64,000 bases of DNA from an uncultured Bacteroidota bacterium (GTDB taxonomy: Bacteria > Bacteroidota > Ignavibacteria > UBA10030 > UBA6906): the NCBI GenBank assembly GCA_963700635.1, contig CAVOYH010000005.1:32001-96000 (forward strand), written 5' to 3'. This document shows, one piece after another, positions 38,135 to 49,373 of this stretch. The notes below the pieces were generated by a model. It worked only from the letters and a program-made list of their open reading frames with translations. It made no database searches and was not told the origin of the DNA. Numbering within the stretch: the stretch's first letter is position 1; each line of letters begins with the position of its first letter. A program made the translations under genes and the position numbers.

Positions 38135-41100
38135 ATGGTTCTGGGACAGATTGATATCGTACTGGCTGTTCAAGGCCTGTCTTCCATCCTGATGGCAACA
38201 GTGGTCTGGATGATTGCAGGAGACCGCAAGGGGGTGCGCTCCTGGTGGTGGTATGCCGGATTTGGCGTGAGCTATGGGGTTGCTTCCTGGCTGGAGATGG
38301 TCTCTCTGAGCCTTGAAGACGGGCTTGCTTTCCGGCAACTGAGCGGCCTGTTCTATGCGGCGGCATTTCTCTTTCTCTTCGAGTCGGTCCGCATACGGTT
38401 TCGGTCCAATCTTTCCCGGGGCTGGATCTGGATGTATGTACCACTTCTCGGATTGTTTCTTCTCTGGCATTTCACACGCATAAGCTGGGCGGCATGGGTC
38501 GCCTGGGGATTGCTGGCCAGCGTGAGCACCTGTGCCATGGCAGCTGGTCTCTGGCGGGCGGGCTCAAGAAAACCCATGTTACCTCGTTTGGCGGCATGGC
38601 TTTCATCCGTAACGCTCGCGCTGTTCGGACTCTGCTCCGCTCTGTTAGGACCATCGACTCCATTTCCGCAATACACCCTCGTACAGAGTTCAGCGTTCGT
38701 GGAGCTCACCGGGTTCTCCCTTCGTATTTTCCCCGCCGCACTGATCACTCTTTGTGCCCTGGGATTCTGGGTTGCCTATCGACAGGTTCCCCTGTACCGA
38801 TCAATGAAGAGGCCCGTGACAATATTGGGTGTCCATACGGCCACAGTCATCGTCCTGCTCGGCTCCGTATGGGGTATCAACTGGGTGGGCAGTTATGTCG
38901 AGCAGGTGCAACGGGAGCTGATGCTGGCGCATGCTTCGGGGATTGCTCAGACGATCGAGGTTCAGGAGATGAGGGGCCTCTCGTACACGGCTGCTGATAC
39001 CACAAACCCGCTTTACGGCCGGCTCAACAAGCAAATGTATTCCTATGCAAGCACCTTCGATTTGCACGACATTTACAGTCTGGTTTGCCGGGACAGCCAG
39101 TTAGTCTTCGGCCCTGAAATCGGAAGGGAGAAAGGTTCAACGCGGGCAATGCCCGGGACAGTCTATAGCTCGGCCCCTGCGGCGTTGCGGGAGGTGTTCC
39201 AGAGTCATCGAGGGCAAACCGCCGGTCCGTATGAAGATGCATACGGAACCTTTGTCAGTGCGTTTGTTCCGGTTATGGATGCCCGTGAGAACAGCGTGTT
39301 TGCTGTGATCGGCGTTGATGCAAAGGCAGGTGCCTGGGCGACGAAGATCGCCGGAGGCCGGCTCCCTGTGATCGGCTTCATGCTGTTCCTTGTGGTTGTG
39401 CTGTTAGTCGGGGGAACGTTGCTGGAAGCGCGCCAATCCCAGACGCGCATCCGTCGATGGTGGCACAAGCACATTGAAGCGGTATTGATGGCGGTGTTCT
39501 GCCTGGCGTTCACATTCGCGTCGGTAGTAATATCACACAAAGTTGAAAGCCGGTCACGAAACGACATGTTTGGCCGACTTGCAGACGCACATGCGGCTAT
39601 GTTCAAGGAAACAGTCAATGAAGTGCGCGGGCAACTTGGCGGGCTCGTGCGGTTTTTTGAAGGCAGCCAGGAAGTCACTGTGGCAGAATTTCATCACTAC
39701 GCGGGTCCACTGGGACGTAATCCCGCTGTGCAGGCATTCGGGTGGGTTCCGTTGGTGACCGCCAGCCAGAAAGAACTGTTTGAGTCCTGGGCCCGCCAGA
39801 ATGTTTATCCGGGGTTTACCATTGTTGAACGGGACTCGTCGGGCAAACTTTTCCCCGCCCGGCAACGGGAGGTGTACCTCCCGCTCTTCTACATGGAACC
39901 GACCGCGGACAACGAACAGGCGCTGGGATTTGACATCGCATCGGACATGCCGAGGAAAGCGGCACTGGAGCTTGCACTCAAGACGGGGCTTGCAACAGCT
40001 ACCGATCCTCTCCGGCTTGTGATGGAACCAGAAGATACAAGTGGCGTTATTGCATTCCAGCCGGTGTACTACGGGGAGGAACAGGAAGGTGAGGATGAAC
40101 TGTTGGCGAGACCATTCCGGGAACTTCGCGGGTTCGTTCTGGTAGCTATCCGGCCAACAGTGACAATGCGTCAGGCGATGATGCGCGCGAACCAATACGC
40201 CGATGTCATATCTGTGGAACTCTTTGACCTCCTCCCGCAGGAGAATCCAATCTGGCTCGCTTCCGTTTCTCAGGAACACTCGTGTGAGCTGGCTGAACCC
40301 CGTAGATTACGACTTGCACCTGAAGATGATCTGCATTCCGTGAGTCCGGTGTTTCTGTTCGGACGGACGTATCTTGTTGTCGTGCATCCGGGTGAGAACT
40401 TTCTCTCCCTCCATCCGGTCCGGGCACCGTGGTTGGCCGGGGGTGGGGGGATAGTCCTGACTGTTCTGTTAACTCTCTTTGTGGGATATCTGAGCACGCA
40501 TCGCGCGGTACTGGAAGATCAGGTGCAGGTCCGGACGGCGGCACTGCGGGACAGCGAAGTCAAATACCGGAATGTGGTCGAACGTGCGAATGATGGGATC
40601 GTTATTCTCCGCAACGGTGGCCTCGTTCTTGTGAATTCAACAATGGCAACGATGCTGGGTTACACCGTGGATGAAATGCAGGGGAAGCTGTTGCTCGAGT
40701 ATTTTGATCCTTCGATACGAGACTCCATGATTGAGCGGTATCAGAAACGTGTCGCGGGTGAGGATGTCCCTTCTATGTACGAGACAGTTCTGCTCCATAA
40801 GAGCGGGTCACTGGTTCCGGTCGAGTTTAACGCAGGATTGATTCACGATGAATACGGCACAACGGATCTGGTGATGGTTCGTGACATCACTGAGCGGAAA
40901 AAGGCGGAAGCGGAATTGGCCAAACTCGTCCAGGATATCCAGATTGCACGCCGGCGTGCAGAAGACGCGACACGAGCGAAGAGCGAATTCCTGGCAAACA
41001 TGAGCCATGAGATCAGGACACCCATGAACGGAGTGATCGGCATGACCGGCCTTCTCATGGATACGTCACTCTCTACGGAGCAACGACAGTATGCAGAAAT

Positions 41101-42559
41101 CGTCCGGTCGAGCGCCGAAAACCTGCTTTCGGTTATCAATGACATCCTGGACTTCTCGAAAATTGAAGCGCGAAAGCTTGAGCTGGAGCACGTGGCATTC
41201 GATCTGCGGCTTCTTGTCGAAGATACTGTTGAAATGCTCGCCGTCAAGGCCTATGAACGACGAATTGAGCTGGCGTATACTATCGATGGTGATGTGCCGA
41301 CGAATTTCTGGGGAGACCCGCGACGCCTGCGCCAGGTCCTCGTGAATCTGGGCGGGAATGCACTCAAGTTTACAAAAGAAGGTTGTGTCTCCGTCTCTGT
41401 GCATCGGGTTGCGGATACCAACGGCTCCACGACGCTGCAATTCTCCATCTCCGATACCGGCATTGGCATCAGCAAGGACGAGCAAGAAATTCTCTTCGCT
41501 CCCTTCACGCAGGCGGACGGCTCAACAACACGGCAATTCGGCGGTACCGGATTGGGGCTGGCAATATCCAAGCAGCTTGCCGAACTGATGGGCGGCCGGA
41601 TCGGCGTCGAGAGTGAACCGGGCATCGGGTCCACGTTCTGGTTTACAGTCAATCTCACGAGGCAAAACGACGTGCCCCAGGACAAGGATGGCTCCGGAGC
41701 GGCTCTGGCCGGAGCAAAAGTCCTCGCTGTGGATGACAACGAGACGAATCGTATGCTCCTCTCCACGCTGCTCAACGGATGGGGTTGCCGCCATGCTGAA
41801 GCAGGCAGTGGTGATGCTGCGCTGGCGGCTCTCCTTGCCGCAGCCTCGACCGGTGATCCGTACCGCGTTGCGCTCCTGGATATGCTTATGCCGGGAATGG
41901 ACGGGGTTGAACTGGTGCAGCGTATCAAAGCGGAACCCGCGCTGAACAACACGATCCTCGTCCTTATAACCTCGTTGGGGCACCGCAATGGTGGGGACCA
42001 TTTGCAGAATGCTGGGTGCGCCGCGATTCTCACCAAACCGCTCCGTCAGTCCTTGCTCCACCAGACGCTGAAAACCCTGCTCGCTGAAGACTCAACCGGA
42101 AACGCTGCGTCCCAGGGTCTGGCCCGGATTCCCGAGGAACCACGTGCGCCGGGCCGCGCCCACTTGAGAATCCTCGTGGCTGAGGATAATCAGGTGAATC
42201 AACTGGTGGCGCTGAAGATCCTGAAGAAATGCGGGTACAACGCAGTCGCTGTCGCAAATGGAGCGGAAGCCATCGAAGCACTGCACAATACCCGGTATGA
42301 CCTTGTGCTGATGGATTGCCAGATGCCGGTAATGGACGGGTTTGAGGCAACGCGCCGCATCCGCAGCGGCATGGCAGGTCCAAGCAATGCAACAATTCCC
42401 ATTGTTGCCATGACCGCACACGCAATGATCGGGGACCGGAAACGTTGCCTCGATTCCGGCATGAGCGACTATCTCCCCAAACCGGTTCAATTCTCGCTGC
42501 TCGAAGCCACGCTGGCGAAATGGTTGATCCATCAGCCCCTCCGGGAATCCTCATCCTGA
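38135..42559 (+). CDS. Membrane hybrid histidine kinase (TM/dCache-like, CHASE, PAS, HisKA, HATPase, two REC)
   Basis: EQALGFDI (CHASE), [22 protein letters not shown], two receiver domains. Confidence 0.92.
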   Translation: MVLGQIDIVLAVQGLSSILMATVVWMIAGDRKGVRSWWWYAGFGVSYGVASWLEMVSLSLEDGLAFRQLSGLFYAAAFLFLFESVRIRFRSNLSRGWIWMYVPLLGLFLLWHFTRISWAAWVAWGLLASVSTCAMAAGLWRAGSRKPMLPRLAAWLSSVTLALFGLCSALLGPSTPFPQYTLVQSSAFVELTGFSLRIFPAALITLCALGFWVAYRQVPLYRSMKRPVTILGVHTATVIVLLGSVWGINWVGSYVEQVQRELMLAHASGIAQTIEVQEMRGLSYTAADTTNPLYGRLNKQMYSYASTFDLHDIYSLVCRDSQLVFGPEIGREKGSTRAMPGTVYSSAPAALREVFQSHRGQTAGPYEDAYGTFVSAFVPVMDARENSVFAVIGVDAKAGAWATKIAGGRLPVIGFMLFLVVVLLVGGTLLEARQSQTRIRRWWHKHIEAVLMAVFCLAFTFASVVISHKVESRSRNDMFGRLADAHAAMFKETVNEVRGQLGGLVRFFEGSQEVTVAEFHHYAGPLGRNPAVQAFGWVPLVTASQKELFESWARQNVYPGFTIVERDSSGKLFPARQREVYLPLFYMEPTADNEQALGFDIASDMPRKAALELALKTGLATATDPLRLVMEPEDTSGVIAFQPVYYGEEQEGEDELLARPFRELRGFVLVAIRPTVTMRQAMMRANQYADVISVELFDLLPQENPIWLASVSQEHSCELAEPRRLRLAPEDDLHSVSPVFLFGRTYLVVVHPGENFLSLHPVRAPWLAGGGGIVLTVLLTLFVGYLSTHRAVLEDQVQVRTAALRDSEVKYRNVVERANDGIVILRNGGLVLVNSTMATMLGYTVDEMQGKLLLEYFDPSIRDSMIERYQKRVAGEDVPSMYETVLLHKSGSLVPVEFNAGLIHDEYGTTDLVMVRDITERKKAEAELAKLVQDIQIARRRAEDATRAKSEFLANMSHEIRTPMNGVIGMTGLLMDTSLSTEQRQYAEIVRSSAENLLSVINDILDFSKIEARKLELEHVAFDLRLLVEDTVEMLAVKAYERRIELAYTIDGDVPTNFWGDPRRLRQVLVNLGGNALKFTKEGCVSVSVHRVADTNGSTTLQFSISDTGIGISKDEQEILFAPFTQADGSTTRQFGGTGLGLAISKQLAELMGGRIGVESEPGIGSTFWFTVNLTRQNDVPQDKDGSGAALAGAKVLAVDDNETNRMLLSTLLNGWGCRHAEAGSGDAALAALLAAASTGDPYRVALLDMLMPGMDGVELVQRIKAEPALNNTILVLITSLGHRNGGDHLQNAGCAAILTKPLRQSLLHQTLKTLLAEDSTGNAASQGLARIPEEPRAPGRAHLRILVAEDNQVNQLVALKILKKCGYNAVAVANGAEAIEALHNTRYDLVLMDCQMPVMDGFEATRRIRSGMAGPSNATIPIVAMTAHAMIGDRKRCLDSGMSDYLPKPVQFSLLEATLAKWLIHQPLRESSS

Positions 42560-42580
42560 CCCCTCTCGCGGAGTTTTTTC

Positions 42581-42609
42581 TTGACTTGAGGGGTCAGTGC
42601 ATGTATATT
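42581..42609 (+). promoter_or_regulatory. trp operon sigma70 promoter
   Basis: TTGACT-17 nt-TATATT, just upstream of the leader ORF. Confidence 0.75.
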
Positions 42610-42618
42610 AACTCTGCA

Positions 42619-42702
42619 ATGAAAAACGAAATTGTTCAGTCTATTGGCCGTCAGTGCTGGTGGTGGAGCCTGATGAGAATCCGGAGGCCGGTGGGCGGAT
42701 AA
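42619..42702 (+). CDS. trpL: Trp leader peptide (27 aa, three tandem Trp)
   Basis: MKNEIVQSIGRQCWWWSLMRIRRPVGG*, upstream of an attenuator hairpin and trpE. Confidence 0.88.
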   Translation: MKNEIVQSIGRQCWWWSLMRIRRPVGG

Positions 42703-42729
42703 TGTTTTGTCCGATACGTGCACATGCAT

Positions 42730-42766
42730 AACCCCTCCTGGCTGTCAGGAGGGGTTTTCATTTTTT
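42730..42766 (+). terminator. trp attenuator terminator
   Basis: aacccctcctg-gctgt-caggaggggtt followed by ttcatttttt. Confidence 0.88.
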
Positions 42767-42776
42767 ATGGAGGCGC

Positions 42777-44276
42777 ATGCTCTCATTTGTCGAGTTCCAG
42801 CACTTGAGTTCCCGGTACAATGTTATCCCGTTCATTCAGACGTTTACGGCGGACACGTTGACGCCGGTGCTGACCTACCTAACGTTGCGTGAGGACGGCG
42901 TGCCGTCCTTCATTCTGGAGAGTGTAGAGCCGAATGAAAAGATAGGCCGTTTCTCGTTTGCCGGCACGGATCCGCGTATCCTCCTGGATGTGCGCGGTGA
43001 TTGGGTGACCATACAGGATCATACTGGCGTGCAACGTACGCGGGAGACTGTGTTCGCTGTCGTACGCCGCCTGCTGGAACACTATCGCTGTGCACCTCTG
43101 GGAGTGCCGCACGGACTCATGGGTGGATTTGTGGGGTATGTCGGGTATAACTGTGTCCGCGCACTCGAACGTATACCCATAAGCGATCCCCAACCGGAGG
43201 AGGAAGCGGATGCGATCCTGGGTCTCTTTGGAACGATTGTGCAGTTTGACCATCGCCGCCAGATCATGACGCTTGTCCACAACGTCTTTACGGATCCGCT
43301 CCTGCCTCTGCGCGACCAGTACAATTTGGGGTGCGCCGCGGTGGAGGCTCTTGTTGCCCGACTCAGGCGGACCACGGTTGTTGCGACGCCCTTCGCTTGC
43401 ACCGATCCGGGTCACGAAGAACCGTCGCCGGACGAGTTTATGTCTTCGGTCGAGACGGCCAAGCGCCGTATTAAGGAAGGAGATATTTTCCAGGTCGTTC
43501 TTTCCCGCCGCCTGCGGCGGGAATTCAGCGGCGACCTCTTCGCTGTCTATCGCGCACTCCGCGTGATCAACCCTTCTCCGTATCTGTTTTATCTCGACTT
43601 CGGGCAGACCAAGCTGGCAGGATCCTCGCCTGAAGTTCTGGTACGCCTGCGGGATACCATGGTAAACGTCCTGCCGATTGCAGGAACACGACCCAGAGGG
43701 AAGGATGAAGCAGAAGACAAACTCTTCGAAGAGGAGCTGCTGGGCGATACCAAGGAACTTGCAGAACACGTGATGCTTGTTGATCTCGGGCGGAACGATG
43801 TGGGCCGGATTGCAGAGTACGGATCCGTAGAGGTGCCTGTGTTCAAGCGTGTCGACCGGTACTCCCACGTTATGCATATAGTTTCCGAAGTACATGGCCG
43901 TTTGCGCGAAGGGATTGATGCTGTCGGCGTCCTGGAGGCCTGTTTTCCTGCGGGCACGGTATCCGGCGCCCCGAAAGTGCGTGCGATGGAGATCATCCAC
44001 TCCCTTGAACCGTTTTCCCGGGGCGCGTATGCGGGTGCCGTGGGATACATCGGGCTGGATGGAGTACTGGATACCTGCATTGCTATACGGACGGTCTTCG
44101 CCCACGGAAACATGTTGAAGATCCAATCCGGTGCAGGGATTGTCGCTGATTCGGATCCCCGCAGGGAATATGACGAGACGGTGAATAAGGCCAGGGCTCT
44201 TCTGGAGGCGGTACAACTCGCTTCCGAAGGGCTGGTATCGCCGTTCTCCGCGTGGACGGGGGGAAAGAGTTCATGA
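42777..44276 (+). CDS. trpE: Anthranilate synthase component I
   Basis: GDIFQVVLS, NPSPY, AEHVMLVDLGRND, PAGTVSGAPK. Confidence 0.96.
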   Translation: MLSFVEFQHLSSRYNVIPFIQTFTADTLTPVLTYLTLREDGVPSFILESVEPNEKIGRFSFAGTDPRILLDVRGDWVTIQDHTGVQRTRETVFAVVRRLLEHYRCAPLGVPHGLMGGFVGYVGYNCVRALERIPISDPQPEEEADAILGLFGTIVQFDHRRQIMTLVHNVFTDPLLPLRDQYNLGCAAVEALVARLRRTTVVATPFACTDPGHEEPSPDEFMSSVETAKRRIKEGDIFQVVLSRRLRREFSGDLFAVYRALRVINPSPYLFYLDFGQTKLAGSSPEVLVRLRDTMVNVLPIAGTRPRGKDEAEDKLFEEELLGDTKELAEHVMLVDLGRNDVGRIAEYGSVEVPVFKRVDRYSHVMHIVSEVHGRLREGIDAVGVLEACFPAGTVSGAPKVRAMEIIHSLEPFSRGAYAGAVGYIGLDGVLDTCIAIRTVFAHGNMLKIQSGAGIVADSDPRREYDETVNKARALLEAVQLASEGLVSPFSAWTGGKSS

Positions 44277-44842
44277 TTCTGGTGATTGACAATTACGATT
44301 CCTTCACGTACAACCTCGTGCAGATGCTTGGCGCTCTCCGGGTTGATCTCACGGTGTACCGTAACGACACGATTACGCTCGAAGAGGTAGCCACATTGCA
44401 GCCATCCCGGATACTCCTTTCTCCCGGTCCGGGTAGACCGGAAGATGCCGGCATCACGGTCGAAGTGATTCGCCGTTTCGGGCCGGCGACCCCGATTCTC
44501 GGTGTCTGCCTCGGGCACCAGGCAATCGGTTCGGCTTACGGGGGAACGATCATCCATGCGCCATCGCTGATGCACGGCCGCACGTCAAGGGTCCTGCACA
44601 CCGGGTCGTCCCTCTATGCACATATTCCCACGCCTTTCGAAGCAACACGGTACCATTCGCTTGTTATCGATCGCACCGCTCTGCCGGAAGAGTTGACCAT
44701 TACTGCCGAGACAGACGACCGGATTATCATGGGGGTTCGTCACCGAACATTCCCTGTCGAGGGAGTGCAGTTTCATCCCGAGTCAATTCTCACAACACAC
44801 GGAGCCCGGATACTCCGCAACTGGGTGGAGCGAACGGCATGA
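44273..44842 (+). CDS. trpG: Anthranilate synthase component II
   Basis: IDNYDSFTYN, GVCLGHQ, QFHPES; ATGA overlap. Confidence 0.96.
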   Translation: MILVIDNYDSFTYNLVQMLGALRVDLTVYRNDTITLEEVATLQPSRILLSPGPGRPEDAGITVEVIRRFGPATPILGVCLGHQAIGSAYGGTIIHAPSLMHGRTSRVLHTGSSLYAHIPTPFEATRYHSLVIDRTALPEELTITAETDDRIIMGVRHRTFPVEGVQFHPESILTTHGARILRNWVERTA

Positions 44843-45852
44843 AATACTATATAGAAAAAGTTCTTGAGCGCCAGGACCTTTCAGTTCGTGAGGCGGCTGA
44901 GGCCCTCGCCTTGATCATGACCAACCAGGCTACAGAAATTCAGATTGCTGGATTCCTTGTAGCGCTCCGGGCAAAGGGCGAGTGCGAAGATGAATTGGTG
45001 GGGTTTGCCACAACGATGCGGGATCGGTGCATCAAGATCAAAACTGACGACCCTGATGCCATTGACATGTGCGGTACAGGCGGTGATGGCCACAATACGT
45101 TCAATGTCTCGACGGTCGCGGCTTTGGTGGTGGCGGGCGCCGGGGTGACGGTGGCGAAGCATGGTAACCGGTCCGTCTCCAGCCGCAGTGGAAGTGCCGA
45201 TGTGCTTGGAGCGCTGGGCGTGAATATCCAGATTGCACCCGAGCGGGTGGAAGCATGTGTCAACTCGGTGGGTATAGGATTCCTGTTTGCTCCGCTCCTC
45301 CATCCGGCTATGAAATACGCAGCCAGACCACGTCAGGAACTGGGCATTCGAACAATCTTCAATATGCTCGGCCCGATCACCAATCCGGCCGGCGTGCGGC
45401 GGCAGGTGCTCGGGACGTACCACCCCGACGCGGCGATCAAGCTGGCCGGCGCACTGTCTGCGATGAACACAGAACTGGCCTGTGTTGTTCATGATGAAGA
45501 CGGCATGGATGAGGTGAGCCTGAGTTCTCAGACAAGTGTCTATGAGGTACAACACTCTACACCAGTCCGGCAATACTCCGTCACCCCTCAGGAATTCGGG
45601 TTGAATCCGACACCTCGTGACGCCATTCGGGGGGGAGATCCGACCCGGAATGCCGATATTGCCCTGCGGATCCTGCAGGGCGAACATTCACCCGGCCGCG
45701 ATGTAGTGCTCGCAAATGCCGCGATGGGTATTCGTGTCGCCGGAAGAACCGCCGACCTGAAAGAAGCAAGCGCGCTCGCGGCAGAATCCATCGATTCCGG
45801 CAGGACTCTCTCGGTGCTCCGTCATCTTGTGGAGTTTACGAACAAGCCATGA
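44839..45852 (+). CDS. trpD: Anthranilate phosphoribosyltransferase
   Basis: CGTGGDG, KHGNRSVSSRSGSAD. Confidence 0.97.
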   Translation: MKYYIEKVLERQDLSVREAAEALALIMTNQATEIQIAGFLVALRAKGECEDELVGFATTMRDRCIKIKTDDPDAIDMCGTGGDGHNTFNVSTVAALVVAGAGVTVAKHGNRSVSSRSGSADVLGALGVNIQIAPERVEACVNSVGIGFLFAPLLHPAMKYAARPRQELGIRTIFNMLGPITNPAGVRRQVLGTYHPDAAIKLAGALSAMNTELACVVHDEDGMDEVSLSSQTSVYEVQHSTPVRQYSVTPQEFGLNPTPRDAIRGGDPTRNADIALRILQGEHSPGRDVVLANAAMGIRVAGRTADLKEASALAAESIDSGRTLSVLRHLVEFTNKP

Positions 45853-46646
45853 AGAATTATCTGGACGTCATCCTTCGTCATAAGCGCAGTGAAGTGGAGG
45901 AGCAGCGTCGTGCCACGCCGGTGGAACACCTCAGAGACCGGGAGGGATATGCGCAACCCCGCCGCTCTCTTGTGGGGGCGCTCCGCAGGCACCGGCCGGC
46001 AATCATCGCGGAAATCAAAGCCGCCTCGCCGTCAAAAGGAATTCTCAGGACCGGCATGGACGTTGCCGGAATCGCCGCGTCATATGTGGATGGGGGCGCA
46101 GCTGCGCTCTCGGTGCTGACGGATAAGAAATATTTTGGAGGACAACTTGACTATCTGCCGATCGCACGCCGGGGGCATGTCCTGCCGGTCCTCCGAAAAG
46201 ATTTCATCATCGATCCGTACCAGGTGTACCAGGCACGGGCATATGAAGCAGATGCGATTCTCCTGATTGCCGCCGCACTGGAAAAATCCCAGCTGTCGAA
46301 CCTGAACCAGCTTGCGCGGGAGCTTGGACTGGAGGTGCTCATGGAGGTGCATTCCGAGCGTGATATAGCAATGCTCGACGGTGAACCGGTTGAATTGCTG
46401 GGCATTAACAACCGCGACTTGTCTTCATTCCAGACCGATATCACCACATCGATCCGCCTCCGCCCAATGGCGCCGGCCGGTTCGCTTATCGTAAGTGAAT
46501 CGGGCATTCAGACGCGTGATCATCTTACCCGGCTCTCTGCGTGTGGCATTCATGCGTTTCTGGTAGGTGAGGCGCTCCTGCGAGCACCGGACCCGGGTCA
46601 GGCGCTCCGCACTCTGCTTATGCCTGCTCCCGGGGAGCCGACATGA
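45849..46646 (+). CDS. trpC: Indole-3-glycerol phosphate synthase
   Basis: IAEIKAASPSKG, LRKDF, GINNRDL, SESG. Confidence 0.96.
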   Translation: MKNYLDVILRHKRSEVEEQRRATPVEHLRDREGYAQPRRSLVGALRRHRPAIIAEIKAASPSKGILRTGMDVAGIAASYVDGGAAALSVLTDKKYFGGQLDYLPIARRGHVLPVLRKDFIIDPYQVYQARAYEADAILLIAAALEKSQLSNLNQLARELGLEVLMEVHSERDIAMLDGEPVELLGINNRDLSSFQTDITTSIRLRPMAPAGSLIVSESGIQTRDHLTRLSACGIHAFLVGEALLRAPDPGQALRTLLMPAPGEPT

Positions 46647-47287
46647 GGATCAAGATCTGCGGGATCACACAAAAAGAAGATGCATTGTGTGCAGTCGACG
46701 CAGGAGCCGACGCAGTGGGATTTGTGTTCCATCCTCACAGCGTACGCTTCATCCACCCCGACGATGCAGGGGATATTATATCCGCCCTTCCGCCGGACGT
46801 TCTCCCTGTGGGCGTCTTCGTGAACACTCCCCGCGATCAGGTCCTGGAAACCATTCGCCGTTCAGGGGTCCGTGCCCTTCAATTTCACGGTGAGGAATCT
46901 CCCGGGAGTATTCTCGGCTATGATCGGGTGGTGATCAAGGCCCATCGGGTGGGCCCAACGTTGGACCTGGAAGTCCTTCGCACCTACAACGTGTATGCGC
47001 ATCTTCTTGATACGTTTGTGGAAGGGGTGTATGGAGGAACGGGCAAGGCATTTGATTGGCAGGTTGCCGCCCATGCCCGCGAGTTCGGCCGGATTATCCT
47101 TAGCGGCGGACTCAATGAAGAGAACATCCGGGATGCGATTTATGCCTCCGATCCGCATGCCGTCGATACCAGCAGCGGTGTCGAACTGCGGCCAGGCTTC
47201 AAGGACCCCGAAAAGATGAGACTGTTTGTGCGAAGAGCCCGGGATGCATTTAGTCAACTGGCCGAACAGAAGTCAGCAACGAGGTAA
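46643..47287 (+). CDS. trpF: Phosphoribosylanthranilate isomerase
   Basis: KICGIT, QFHGEE, GGTG, DTSSGVE. Confidence 0.96.
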   Translation: MRIKICGITQKEDALCAVDAGADAVGFVFHPHSVRFIHPDDAGDIISALPPDVLPVGVFVNTPRDQVLETIRRSGVRALQFHGEESPGSILGYDRVVIKAHRVGPTLDLEVLRTYNVYAHLLDTFVEGVYGGTGKAFDWQVAAHAREFGRIILSGGLNEENIRDAIYASDPHAVDTSSGVELRPGFKDPEKMRLFVRRARDAFSQLAEQKSATR

Positions 47288-47290
47288 TCC

Positions 47291-48478
47291 ATGCGGAATC
47301 AACCAACATCCATGCCCGACGCCGACGGCTACTTCGGAGCGTACGGCGGCAGATACGTCCCCGAAACGCTGATAAACGCGCTTCATGAGCTTGAGGCGTT
47401 GTACCTCGACGCCAGGCAGGATGCGGAATTTCAACAGGCGTTTCATGAGATGCTCCAGACCTACGCGGGGCGGCCCACGCCGCTCACCCGCGCAGACCGG
47501 CTGGGCGCGTATCTGGGAAAGAAAAAAGTCTATTTGAAACGCGAAGACCTGTGCCATACCGGTGCTCACAAGATCAATAATACCATCGGCCAGATCCTTC
47601 TGGCACAACGATCGGGAAAACCGCGGGTCATTGCGGAGACCGGAGCAGGGCAGCATGGTGTCGCAACGGCAACGGTGGCTGCGAAGATGGGATTTCGCTG
47701 CGACGTCTACATGGGGGAAGAGGATATGGGACGTCAGCGGTTGAATGTTCACCGCATGGAGATGCTTGGGGCGCGCGTTCTTCCCGTGCGTTCGGGCACG
47801 CGCACGCTCAAAGATGCCACCAGTGAGGCAATCCGCGATTGGGTGACAAACGTACGGGATACATTCTATGTTATCGGCTCCGTGGTCGGACCCCATCCCT
47901 ATCCGATGATCGTACGTGATTTTCAAAGCGTGATTGGTGCGGAAGTCCGGACACAGGTGCGCAAGGCCGAAGGTCGGGACCCTGACCTGCTTCTCGCCTG
48001 TGTCGGGGGGGGGAGTAATGCCATAGGACTCTTTGCTCCGTTCCTGGAATCCCCCGTCCGTATGATCGGAGTGGAGGCGGCAGGATTCGGACTGGAAACC
48101 GGAAAACATGCAGCGACCCTGACCCTCGGGGTTCCCGGGATCCTCCATGGCTCCCGCAGCTATCTTCTCCAGGACGCACACGGACAGGTGCAGCTCGCAC
48201 ACTCCATTTCGGCCGGACTGGACTATCCCGGTGTTGGTCCCGAGCACAGCGCACTGAAGGATGCAGGGCGCGTGGTATATGGGTCCGTGACGGATGACGA
48301 AGCCCTTGCCGGCGCGCACCTCCTGGCCCGCCTTGAGGGTATCATCCCGGCCCTCGAAACAGCCCACGCCATTGCCTATCTCGATAAAATTGCCGGGACA
48401 CTTCCTGACGATACCCTTATGGTGATAAATGTGTCGGGACGAGGAGATAAAGACATGGACGCGTACGCGGGCCTATGA
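47291..48478 (+). CDS. trpB: Tryptophan synthase beta chain
   Basis: [26 protein letters not shown]. Confidence 0.97.
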   Translation: MRNQPTSMPDADGYFGAYGGRYVPETLINALHELEALYLDARQDAEFQQAFHEMLQTYAGRPTPLTRADRLGAYLGKKKVYLKREDLCHTGAHKINNTIGQILLAQRSGKPRVIAETGAGQHGVATATVAAKMGFRCDVYMGEEDMGRQRLNVHRMEMLGARVLPVRSGTRTLKDATSEAIRDWVTNVRDTFYVIGSVVGPHPYPMIVRDFQSVIGAEVRTQVRKAEGRDPDLLLACVGGGSNAIGLFAPFLESPVRMIGVEAAGFGLETGKHAATLTLGVPGILHGSRSYLLQDAHGQVQLAHSISAGLDYPGVGPEHSALKDAGRVVYGSVTDDEALAGAHLLARLEGIIPALETAHAIAYLDKIAGTLPDDTLMVINVSGRGDKDMDAYAGL

Positions 48479-49260
48479 AAAAGAATCTGGAAAAGCGGCT
48501 GGCCACAAATATTCGGCACGGGAAACCTTCTCTGGCGATGTTTCTTACCGCAGGGTATCCCTCCCTCGACTCCACGCGTGATCTATTCCTTGCCCTGGAA
48601 GACGGAGGGGCAGATGTAGTGGAAATAGGAATGCCTTTTTCGGATCCTCTTGCCGATGGTCCGGTCATCCAGCTGGCGTCTGCAGCGGCCTTGCAGAATG
48701 GCGTAACACTCCCCCGGGTTCTTGACTGTGTCCGGGAGATCCGTAAACGCTCATCCCTGCCGCTCGTACTCATGGGCTATCTGAATCCCATCCTTCGTTA
48801 CGGAGAAGCACAGTTCTTGTCGGATGCGGCGGAAGCAGGCGTTGATGGTCTTATTCTTCCTGAACTCCCGCTTGAGGAGTGGCGGCGGGTTGAAAATCGT
48901 GTATCAGCGACGGACCTCGCAGGGATACTGCTCGTGACACCTACGACGACTCCGGATCGTGTGCAGGCTATTGATGAGTTCTCGTCCGGGTTTCTCTATT
49001 GTGTGTCGACAACGGGGGTCACGGGGGGCGTTGTGCCGGCGCATGCGATATCGGACATCCGGAGGATAAAAACTCATGTTCGCAAGAATCCGATGCTGGT
49101 GGGTTTTGGCATCTCCTCCCCGGAGCTGGCGGCGGATTTTGCGCGGGTGGCTGATGGTGTGATTGTCGGGACCGCTTTGCTCCGTTTGCTTGAGCACAAC
49201 CCGACAGCGCGGCAGATAACAGCGTGGGTGAAGAGTTTCAGATCCGCTCTTGATTCCTGA
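48475..49260 (+). CDS. trpA: Tryptophan synthase alpha chain
   Basis: [26 protein letters not shown]. Confidence 0.97.
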   Translation: MKKNLEKRLATNIRHGKPSLAMFLTAGYPSLDSTRDLFLALEDGGADVVEIGMPFSDPLADGPVIQLASAAALQNGVTLPRVLDCVREIRKRSSLPLVLMGYLNPILRYGEAQFLSDAAEAGVDGLILPELPLEEWRRVENRVSATDLAGILLVTPTTTPDRVQAIDEFSSGFLYCVSTTGVTGGVVPAHAISDIRRIKTHVRKNPMLVGFGISSPELAADFARVADGVIVGTALLRLLEHNPTARQITAWVKSFRSALDS

Positions 49261-49373
49261 GCGGGTGCGGGTCGCCACACCTCTGAGAGTCCCGCGGGAC
49301 TGCCTGCCTCTTGCACCTTTCACACCGATTCAGTATCCTTAGCTGGCCTGTCCCACCATCCGAATTGTGACCC

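Noticed and set aside
42879-44216. Long antisense ORFs (also 1322..2578, 18184..19113, 19248..20534, 47273..48367)
   Set aside because: Shadow frames opposite well-supported genes in GC-rich DNA, with no recognisable motifs.
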